A DNA stretch of 40,277 nucleotides from Catajapyx aquilonaris (taxonomy: Eukaryota). The stretch is taken from positions 1-40,277 of the forward strand of contig JYFJ02003553.1 of assembly GCA_000934665.2 (NCBI GenBank). The letters run 5' to 3'. The notes under the pieces were generated by a model. That model was not told the DNA's origin. It searched no databases and worked only from the letters and a program-made list of their open reading frames with translations. A program made the translations under genes and the position numbers. The stretch's first letter is position 1; every line of letters starts with the position of its first letter. Shown piece after piece: positions 12,701 through 21,982 of the stretch.

Positions 12701-15035
12701 GGAACAGGCCGTGCTGTCCGACCCCTACTTGTCCATAGAGACAGTCGCCTCAGGGGGAGAAGTCACTCCGGACAAGGCCAGTGCGCAGGTCGTCGCTGAC
12801 CATGTTGTTACAAGTTCACGAGAGGAGCCAGTTGTTACACATGCACCAGTTGAGTATGAAGAAGTTGTTAATTGTGCAAAAGTTGACTCGGACAGTGTTG
12901 TTACTACTCATCCAGTTACAAATTCGGAACTTGTTTCGGAAACGCGGTTTATTTTACACGAATCATCTCCAGGATCAGATGCAGGTGAATGTTCGTTGTT
13001 GGTTCCATGTGCCCAGGAAGCAAGTTCAATCGCAACAGAACCCATATCGGGAATTGTACCTGACCAGAGCTCTTCGGAAGCAAATAACTCCGCTGTTGAA
13101 GCAACTCCTTCGGAAACAAAAGTCCAAGTGTTGCGTCCAGGGGCCATACCCAAATTCGATTTGCCGACGCCATCGGATGACGAAGAGGCTGAATCGGACG
13201 ATTCAAAATTGCAGTTCAAGACACCGGATGAAGAGGTGCGAGCACAACTGGACACAGTACAAGAAGAGCCAAGGAAACAACTCGCTCTTACCTCAGAAGA
13301 CCCTACAGAAGTGGAAGCAAACGAGCACCCTTCATCCTCACAACTGACGCCTGAAACATCATCCTCTGACACCATGAAGACGCCGCCTTCTGAACCAGAA
13401 GCCCTGACCACGGAATGCCAAAAATCACCTCAGCCTCTCAAGCAGCGCCCGCCATCGCTGACCATCAACACCCTTCCCATACCCAAGATCTCCGTGCTTC
13501 CTCCGACCCCAGAGATGCCCGAGGTTGCTGCCATCAGCGGCCCCAGTCGCGGGTCAGAGGGCGACCAGGAGGAACCCATCGACTCCGAATCGGACGATGA
13601 CCTTTTGGAGGCCATCCAGTCGGCCCCACCCTTGACTAGATTCGACGGGTTCAACTTCCCACCGACCAAATCAGCGGCCAACAATGCAAGTCTGAAGCGG
13701 TACGGAACCAGCTGTAGCCTCAACCGACTTGGCCTTTCCGATGAGGACGAGGACGACAGTGGGTTCGAGACCGGGAACTCCGATTTCTGTGGTAAAATGA
13801 GGACTACCAAGTCTGGGTATTTCGGAGGGAAAAGTTGGTCTTCCGAATGGACCCGCTTCAGATCCAAATCGATGGGTTCAGGATCTCACTTCAACCGACA
13901 GCTGGAAGACGACGACGACGACGAACCTGAGACAGACGAAGGATGCCACAGCAATGACAGGCTGGTCAGGTGTCGTGATGAGCACTACAGCAGCGAAGAG
14001 AGTGACGACGAGGTGTTCGAAGATGCTGGTAGGTTAAGGAGTCACCGTTGTCTCTGTGTGATGTAACTGTGTAGGCTCTGTTACAACCGCCATTGTCAAA
14101 ATTGATCAGTAGGAGCCAAAAAAGCTTCTCACAATACAAAATATAATTGTGGGTTTTAATACAAACATAAAACAAGGTTGGCAACTAACTGTAAGTTAGT
14201 CATAAACACTCGTAGTTTTGATACAATAAGTAACTTTATGAAAAATTAAAATAGCCGACTTTCTGAAGCAGACTTGCTTGTCGTTTCAGTGTCCAACCTT
14301 ACATTTCACCCACAATACTCGCCGTTGCATATGGGCGGAGATTTGGAGCACACGTTCTCTCGAAGTTTTGGTTTCTCTCATCATGCAGGTGCAAGCAATT
14401 CTCTTCAAGTGCCTCCCTTGGTCTATCCGGGGGAGTCTCGCTATTGTTGGAGTACTCAGGTGACAGAATGTATCCAGGAAGAGGACGAGGAAGACCTGGA
14501 AGAGGAAGAGGAACCAGCCGGACTGCATTTACTCTCTAGGGTTAGTTGTGATTCAGTATGATTCGTACGAGCTAAGCTTGTTCATTGTTAATTTAGACTT
14601 AGAGCCTATTAATATCAATGCATTTGCATCTCAAATTTAAATAGCAGAAGTGGGAGATTGAGGATGAAGAAGATGATGATGATGACGACGACGATGACGA
14701 CACGTATGATGATCGCAGTGAAAGAATAAGTCAAAGACATGATTCGGATCCCGTTCCTTCAAGTCTGAACAACTACTATCCTGGAGATGACGATGATGAG
14801 GAAACTGACGCGAAGCAAGAAGAAGTCCAGGAGAGACACGATGATCAAGAGGATACAGGTGAAGCAAGTATGTTGATAGAACCGTCACATCCTGATAGTG
14901 TTTAGTTGAAATGCACATGCTGAGAATGTGGGCACTAATGCTTCTCCAGGTCAACCCGAAGAACGACCCAGAAGACCGATCCCGCCACCTACTCCCCTTG
15001 CTAGAAAAAAGTGGAACTTTGGATCGGCTCTTTAG
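656..15035 (+). CDS. Spliced gene, 5'-truncated: RGS3-like C2-PDZ-PH scaffold protein with a long acidic disordered C-terminus. join(656-710,3950-4031,8659-8766,8832-8997,9270-9395,9455-9665,10040-10195,10368-10584,11019-11157,11612-14028,14389-14540,14648-14867,14950-15035)
   Basis: All 13 exons have AG acceptors, all 12 internal donors are GT, and the phases chain into one open frame. The spliced peptide KSEFLGCMSFGVRHVLKK|EISGWFRLLSDKAGRKKH matches, from recall, the end of the RGS3 C2 domain (GCMSFGVK...EISGWYYLL...GRTKH). A PDZ domain and a PH-like domain follow. Orthology is not established and the 3' end is less certain. Confidence 0.85.
1056..1132. repeat. 11-bp minisatellite (AATACACTGGC) x7, intronic
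   Basis: Seven consecutive 11-mers, each with 0-2 mismatches. Confidence 0.9.
3950..4031 (+). CDS. Exon: last strand of the C2 domain (EISGWFRLLSDKAGRKKHCTLADKKPR)
   Basis: Acceptor ttttttttttctttctcag, donor ag|gtaagt. Carries the C2 GW[FY]xLL motif. Phase 0 to 1. Confidence 0.9.
6715..6889. mobile_element. MITE-like foldback, 175 bp, with 59-bp inverted arms ending in TA (intronic)
   Basis: 6715-6773 is the reverse complement of 6831-6889 with one mismatch. Ends read TA-GATGTAACC...GGTTACATC-TA. The TA may be a Tc1/mariner-type target duplication. Confidence 0.8.
8659..8766 (+). CDS. Exon: C2-PDZ linker (GSPTVSLKEHLMPIMDDKSVSNATDQECSSSISSGI)
   Basis: Acceptor ttacag, with an in-frame alternative at 8671. 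Donor ag|gtcagg. Phase 1 to 1 fits both neighbouring exons. Confidence 0.7.
8832..8997 (+). CDS. Exon: PDZ N-terminal half (...TVTLEMVKDERGFGFSVAWTHPPR)
   Basis: GFGF carboxylate-binding loop. Acceptor cccttcag, donor ag|gtaata. Phase 1 to 2. Confidence 0.9.
9270..9395 (+). CDS. Exon: PDZ core (VERVEAGLPAAKAGMRPGDYLIFVSEDNVVKMAEEKVLQLIQ)
   Basis: Typical PDZ GxPAxxAGxxxGD motif. Acceptor ttttcag, donor ca|gtgagt. Phase 2 to 2. Confidence 0.92.
9455..9665 (+). CDS. Exon: PDZ last strand and linker (DCGNRLVVEVYRK...PKLSKVAFLRK)
   Basis: Acceptor tttccag, donor aag|gtgggt. Phase 2 to 0. Overlaps ORF 9477..9689. Confidence 0.85.
10040..10195 (+). CDS. Exon: linker before the PH-like domain (EAEDEVLASS...MQDLEDRIVFAKCK)
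   Basis: Acceptor ccatag is weak but has a tgactaa branch-like site. Donor aaa|gtaagc. Phase 0 to 0. Confidence 0.75.
10368..10584 (+). CDS. Exon: PH-like domain N-terminal half (AFQLVVSGRELVFCGEL...AMLFTDLLVLT...)
   Basis: RxLxxxGxL and LFxDxL patterns typical of PH domains that follow DH domains. Acceptor ctcttttgttcccgcag with tgactaac branch point, donor g|gtatgt. Confidence 0.88.
11019..11157 (+). CDS. Exon: PH-like domain C-terminal half (GTEFRLVV...LIFRAPTTELKHVWHSLLQRQI)
   Basis: PH terminal helix motif FxAxxxxxKxxW. Acceptor ctgcag, donor at|gtgagt. Phase 1 to 2. Confidence 0.88.
11612..14028 (+). CDS. 2.4-kb exon encoding a Ser/Glu/Asp/Pro-rich disordered region
   Basis: Corresponds to the 817-codon ORF 11613..14066. 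Acceptor ttttttctcttcttcag is in phase with the previous exon. Donor g|gtaggt is in phase with the next exon. Confidence 0.88.
14389..14540 (+). CDS. Exon: acidic (GASNSLQVPP...IQEEDEEDLEEEEEPAGLHLLSR)
   Basis: Acceptor tttctctcatcatgcag, donor agg|gttagt. Phase 1 to 0. Confidence 0.75.
14648..14867 (+). CDS. Exon: poly-Asp/Glu (KWEIEDEEDDDDDDDDDDTY...)
   Basis: Open acidic frame. Tandem TAG/CAG/AAG acceptors give starts at 14645, 14648 or 14651. Two phase-1 donors follow 14858 and 14867. Confidence 0.7.
14950..15035 (+). CDS. Probable stop-containing exon (xQPEERPRRPIPPPTPLARKKWNFGSAL*)
   Basis: Acceptor cttctccag with a ctaat branch-like site. The phase-1 frame ends at TAG 15033-15035. 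AATAAA lies at 15185-15190. Confidence 0.6.
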
Positions 15036-17257
15036 AGGTGCAAAAGATTGGCCTGGAATGTGATATGGAATCGCATGTAAGTGCAGATAATGCATCTCTA
15101 CAGTATCACAGTAAAGGCCAGGTCTGCAAGCGAAAGGCGTTTTGTATTCTGCCTTTGACTTATAACATGGCGTAACAAGTGTGCAATAAAATTATATTTT
15201 TCAAGCGATCGACTGTTAAGTGTTCATTTTGAGTATTGTCACCAACAGTGCCATATGATGCAGGCTACAGATAATACGTGGCTATTTTTTAAAGCTACTG
15301 TCACAATGCGTAGTTAAACAACAGCAATTTTGCATGGGAACATACACTATTGATGCCTAACACTTAGGCCTATTGCTTTGTCTCCATCCAAAGAGATATG
15401 ATATTGATAAGCCATGCTAAGTGCTTGTTATTTTTCCATTAAATTTGAATCCAGTTGCTCATTACTACGTAGAAAACTATTTCAGGGGACGACTTTTCAT
15501 TACTGCTGCGTATTTTGAAGCTTATATCCATTAGCTGGTGGAGAGGTCGATAAGATTAGATTCAAGTCCTATAATGCTACACACATACCAACGAGATAAT
15601 CCCATTGCCTTCTCTTAATCAAAATCAGGGCACTAGGGCAGTGTTCCAACTCCTGAATTATTCTGACCCAGATACTCTCTTGACGCAAATTGATAACAGC
15701 TTTAGAGCCAAGGTGAGCATTAAAAGGCTTTAAGTCTAGGGATATAACCCCTTTCCCACCACAAAAGGCGACGATCCAACAGCATTAATGACCGCATAAA
15801 TATGACAATAACCTCCCCGAATTCGCGCAAGATAATTTCAGTTTGGTACACAATTGCAGAGTGTAAATATACCCCGCTTAATTCTTTACCGTTGACTGCA
15901 CCGTAATCACCTCATTAATAAGCCGAGAAGTTATCAGCTCATGTATGAACCTGCAAAAAATCGCAGCTAATTGTCAACACTGGTAATCACCGCCTAGCCC
16001 TCGCGAAAGGGCAAGGCCTCGAACCCATGGCCATCGGAGCGAAAAGACACAAGGGATATGCTCTTCCTGCCAAGGCTCACTGGGGATATTCTGAGCCCCA
16101 AAAGTGGGGAGAAGGTATTAAGGATGTCACTAGGAGATTGTAATGAACAAATCTAGTGGAAGGCACCCCCCCCCCCCATGGAGGGCAAGATAATTGCAAC
16201 AGTAATAGAGTTGATGCATTTTTCAGGGTGGTCTGAAATCGAGTGATTGAATGAGATAATAAGACAAAAGGGAGACATTCCGAGAATTCATGTATCATAG
16301 ACAGCGGTTTCCATGGAATCAGGCTTGATGACGTGGGTGCAGAGAATGTCGCGCTGGATTATTATTTTGTTACTGAAGCTTCACAAGCAATAAAAGTGTC
16401 GTATAACCTAATACAGGATGATTCTTTTATAAAACTATCAACCCACACTTCTGACTGTTGAAAATTGATGGACAAATGTGATAAAATCCAATGGCATATC
16501 ATCCGGCTTTGTGCGTTATAGAAAGGGACATCAAACAAGTGCTAAAATTGACCACGTTTGTTGCATTGTTCTCGATGGCGTCTCTAAAAATGCATCGACT
16601 AGTAATATTAAATTGTACGCTGATTGTTGTTTAAACAAGTGTTCACAAATGGATATGAAAAGCCCTGTATTTGGTAGTGTAATTAACTCTAGACTTTAGA
16701 AAGTTATAGGGAATAAACTGTATACATTACCTGAACTCTTTGATCTTCCTACACGCCATGCTTTGTACAGGTATAGATATTGCTGACGTCACTGCATTTT
16801 AAATATCATTATGGTGCTGTAACTTCCGAATATGCATTTTGAGAAGTTATTTTATGTTTATCATCATGACAGCATGAGCACACAGTGTCTCACCCACGTA
16901 GAAGAGTCTATGCGCCTCCAGTCACTAACCCTGCATTAACACCCCCTCCCCCCACACTCAATTACTCAGATACTGCACATCATTCCGCATCTAAGAGCAC
17001 TGTAAATTCATTAAGCAGCTAAATGAATTTTTTTTGTAAGGGAACACTTACGCGTCATAGTCTACATGCTTCTAAAATTGGAATATCGGAAGCAGCCCCA
17101 GGCGGGTACTGCGTTTGTCACTGTATTTAGCATACACAAACAATGTTGTGACGTCCATGACTAAAAACAGAAGGGTTGTTTAAAATGTATTAGCTTTGAT
17201 ATGCAGTAATGAGTTTTGTGGATCCACAATTGATGAAAAAATATATCTGCGTTTCAG

Positions 17258-17575
17258 AATGAAAGTTCCTGAATCCCCTGCGAACGAGGCTCAACTTTTG
17301 GAATCGCTTATAGCAGTAAGTAAATAAAGAAGAACCGTGAGAACCCCCCAGCTGAATGCTGCCTGACGCTTCTGAAGATCCACATGCATGATGTATTTAA
17401 GAACTACTACACAACTCAGCTCCTTGTCAGCAAAACTGTTGCAAATCTGTGCAATCTTTATCACATGATCTGAAGCGCCATTTATTATTATGTCGAAACA
17501 TCGTTCATATATAAAATGCGTATTTTTGTTCGGCAGGTCTTCTTTTGTGGATGCATCAACTACATGGAGTTGTGA
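17258..17575 (+). other. Candidate downstream exon pair (17258-17315 and 17537 onward). Spliced frame reads MKVPESPANEAQLLESLIA|VFFCGCINYMEL*
   Basis: Acceptor gtttcag, donor gca|gtaagt, acceptor tatttttgttcggcag. AT-rich UTR-like sequence follows, with AATAAA at 17702 and 18419. Coding status is unknown. Confidence 0.4.
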
Positions 17576-18418
17576 TTATTAATGTACAACTATATTGTTA
17601 CTTGTAATAATTGTACAGTATACTTGCGCGTAAGAGCTGGAGAAGCGGTTGACTCTATCATTGGCAATTCATTGGTGGCTGTGACTGAATCAATCCAGTG
17701 TAATAAATTATTGTCATTGTAGGGTATAATAATTCATGTTGCCACCTATCTACATGTGTATTCAACAGCGGAAAAAAACACGTCCGTCACTTGTTGCGCC
17801 CAAAAGTGAGGACGTGATCTACATTTATGATATGTCAAACGGGTTACCTGAGGGCTTAGGACGTTTGTAAAAATACATCAGACCTATAACCTGTAATTTT
17901 ATACACCATTATTAATACCATTTGCCTTCCCTTATTGTCAACGTTTCTATTGTTTTAATGTAGGGTATACTATTGACTCTGTGAAAAGGCCTTTCACGCT
18001 AAAACCTTAGCGTGAAAGAGTTTAGAGATGATACGGAGTATATTTACACATTTCAAAAGCGAAACAATATTTTGAAATGTGGCCGCATCAAATGTGGCCA
18101 CCCTACCACGACTTTTTCAACAATGTTTTAGAGTGTGAATGATATTAACGATACTCCCAAGCGTAAAGTTTCGCGTGGCTCAAAATCTTTACTGTTTGCT
18201 CATGTTATAGGCGGCAATGGCCTGGTTTAAATTGCACCCGACTTTGCTCACAGTAAGATTGTATGTTTTCCTCGACTGGTATTAGCGTATACAATATAAT
18301 TAATAATAATGTTTTCTTACTTTTCACAGTTCTCAGAATTCTAGTGCATGTATGCTAAATAGGATTTTGTTGTATAAATTGAATCCGCAAAGGTTTTTAT
18401 GTACTGCCTAGGATTTTC

Positions 18419-18470
18419 AATAAAGAGTTTCTTTGGCCATAATATTCATTAAGATCTACTTTGTTTTATT
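18419..18470. promoter_or_regulatory. Convergent polyadenylation signals (AATAAA on + at 18419-18424, AATAAA on - at 18465-18470)
   Basis: Both hexamers are read directly from the sequence and face each other 40 nt apart, between two AT-rich UTR-like regions. Confidence 0.35.
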
Positions 18471-21400
18471 ATTCAACAAGGATGGGACTTGCAAAATTGC
18501 AGCAATCACGGAAAAACTGATGTAATGATTGCTGCTTCTCTGCGTCTACGAAAAATGAATTTTGATACCGGTACCTTTAGGCTACTTCGAACAGGTAGGT
18601 GGAATAACAGGCATGTCCGCTGGCTATTTATAGCACACATATTGCACCAGTTTCACATTATTAAAATGAGATAACTGATTCGTTGCAACAATTTGAATTA
18701 GCATGTTGATTTTGCTCCTTACATAACCCACCTACAATCTCATTATGAAGTGACTTGTGAATAATACCTATGACGTAGCCGTGTCTGACACATTAACATG
18801 ATATGTCCATAAATATTGTTATCACGAGTATTGAAATAAATTCACGTACATTGAATACTGTACACACATAATTTCTAGTCATTACTCATGGTTGACAGGT
18901 TGAAAAGGCTCATCACGGGCAGATTCAATCCCTTGATTGAGGCTCAAATTGTTTTGGCCACTTTATCCTGGTCTTGAAGCAACCCTTCACACAGGCTCCA
19001 CGGTGAGGAGGTGCGTGTGGAAATAGTTTTGATTGGTTCCCTCCTTGTTCGTGTGGTTTTCTCGGGGTGATCCCACAAACAAAATAAATTACGATAGCGG
19101 TATGAATTAAAATTTATCCCGTGGTGCATGTTACTATGCGACGAAGCATATATCGCTTTACCCGTGTGTAATTGTAAACGATGAGAGTGTCACAAAATAG
19201 AGCTCAAAGGGCACCCGGACTAGGATACACACTGCATATTGCTGATGCGGAAGGAAAGTGGTTGTAGAGCCTAGGTGGTGTGCATGGATTTCGGCACAAA
19301 GGCAGGAAACAAAAGAGTATACCCAAAGGTTAAGGTTCGGTACTAGATGAGACGCAATACGGAACACGGAATTAACAGGACCCCCGGGACTCTATCCGGA
19401 GCTTGCGAGGTCATGTGACGTTATATATGACATCAGATATCTATAGGCATTTGCATGCTTTATATTGCGCCTTAGCCACTGGGGGAAAGAATAACCCGAA
19501 CCTAAACTATTATTTCATAGTTGTTGCAGTTCTAGAAAGAATTATGCTGCACTACATAAACAATGAGTTCATGATGTAGAACAATACTGTAGAGCTTGGA
19601 ATGCAACACAACTTACTGGTACACTCATTTTCAGATTTACTTGTAGTATTAAGGTCATTTAAATAGCACAATGGGCTGTATGTAAAAGCATACCGCACAA
19701 CCACATCACACAGAAAATACATTATGTTTCAAATGTCATAGATACATGTTGTATGCTTGTGTCTGTAACCTCATGTACCATATATTATTAAGTACAATGT
19801 ATGCACCACTATTGATCATCATTCCGTTGAAACACAGTAATAACGTTGCATAATGAATTTTGTTATCCAATATTGAAAATATGTTTCATAACAAATATGA
19901 CATCATTCTACCGCAACAAACGCTAAAGGTACTTGTTTACGCACGTGGTCTCCTACAAAATGAGTGTTACAGTACACCCTCGTCAAACCGCGCTCTCAAT
20001 AACGCTAATGAGCACATACGAGTGATCACTTACACGACAGGCTTCAGAGCCCGGTAAAACCTTCTCCGTCAAACTGCACACCATAAAAATGTCAGTCACG
20101 TGCTACCGAATGATAACCCCCATGCTAATTGCACTTGCACAAAAAAAAATCGCCTAATCTGAAATAGCGCTCAGCAAGCATGAACGTTCCTCCGGACGGG
20201 CATATTCGTTACCTCTCCGACCCATTCATCCGAAAGATAAAACGCATTAACGGGATTTAGACCCTGGTTCTAATACGAGGAATGCTGCACCTGCATAGCT
20301 ACGTCTCCCCAATGAACTGTTCAAAATTCTATGCCTCCAACTAATGAAAGTGTTCAGATGTGGCCTGTAGGGGACAAGCATTTCTCAGATAAACATGTTG
20401 CCCTTTCAAGGTTAAAAAGATGTGATTACTGTACAGTGCATGACCTTTCCCAAACACGCTTCATCTGTTCGTTTGCAGGGTATTTATCTGTCTGTTTACC
20501 ATGCACAGAATAGCTTGTTTATGCCATGGGAAAATAGCTACAGTGTCGGCTACATTGGAAAAAATTGCGCCTTACAGGGCGGCAATGTGTTTCACTAGAG
20601 AGGCTCATAGGTTAGCCAACTGGCAGGATAAAAATGCAATCAGATCGCTGACTGAATGTAAAATAATGCGGGAGTTGTCAAATTTAATTAGATAAAAAGA
20701 TACCGGTAGTATAATATTTGTAGAGAGGTTTGGCTTCTCTTTAGCGGAATGACTGAGGGGCTTTGTCCAATATGTTACATTATTCAACAGGTTGAATACA
20801 GGTGCCACTGAACTCTGGGTTAAAGGTGGTTCTCCTTGGTAAATGATTAACTGCACCAGACCTTGAACTTAGGTTATTGTAATATTGACAATGCTTCGTT
20901 TCGCGGGGAATCATTTCATTTGGTTTGCAATATTACAATCGGGAACAGTGATCAAGCAAGTACAAATGTAATTACAGTATTATAAGACTTCTCTGTCGGT
21001 AATTGATTGCAGAAGTTATGCCATCATGCATAAGAGAAATTAAGCAGTAATAGATTCATTTCAGTTCTTGTGTTACACGGAATTATTATTCGATGACAAT
21101 GGCGTCACTCAAGACGCTTATGTAATTTCGACATTACCAATGCTCGCATTCATCCTACCACGCCTGATATACTTTCACTGGTACCATAGCAATACCTACA
21201 TTAGACTTCATTTCCCATAATGGTTGAGTTCCAAAACATTATTCTACACAAATGACGCTATCGATTTATTCCTGCGATATGTTAATTGTTGCCTATGTGT
21301 AGTTAAACACATTATGCAAACCTGACAGCAGAATTTTTTCACTTAAGGACACCAGAGCGTTGAACCTGTGACGGCTGCGTACCACTGAATAGAATGGCCA

Positions 21401-21938
21401 TTTATGGCGTCAAATATGTGAACAGTTTCCATCCATCACCGCCTCCCACGTTAGGCGTCACTGGAATGTCATAATTAGCGCTAATTTTACGTTCAATTGG
21501 CCGGCGGGTGTTTCACGTGGTTGTCGCAATGTCATTAATATGCAGCTCCCAACTAAACCGCATATTGCAATCATCGGTTTCGTCACCTTCACCCCAGCTA
21601 GATTATGACCTCTGGGTATCCCAGGTATCATTTCTGAAGTTTATTACTGTCCAAAAATTCAAATATTTTTCCTCAACCATTCAGCAGAACTGAATGACGT
21701 TCAACTCTGCAGATATTCAGGCCATCCAACACGACCCTGGTAATTACAAAAATATGAATAATGCTGTCCCAGTGTTCCTAATGGGCCTGGGTGTTTAAAC
21801 GGGTTCAGGTGAGGACTGGTATTCTCCATTGTGTCACCTGAGGTGACATAATGGAGAATACCAGTCCTCATTATTTTCCCCAGCTCACCATGACAAAACA
21901 CTCGGTTCCCAGCAGCCTGTGCTCCTTCATTTGTCATC

Positions 21939-21982
21939 TCAGACCAGAGTTCGTCGCTCGCAGCAGTCGCAATAGGAGTCGT
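21939..21982 (-). CDS. Candidate terminal coding exon of an unidentified minus-strand gene (xDSYCDCCERRTLV*)
   Basis: Strong minus-strand acceptor cttttcttctttttttattggcag followed by a GC-rich segment. The phase-1 frame ends in T-L-V-stop. No family recognised. Confidence 0.3.

Noticed and set aside
11511..13867. Antisense and alternative-frame ORFs of 65-198 aa
   Set aside because: These are shadows of the GC-rich 2.4-kb coding exon.
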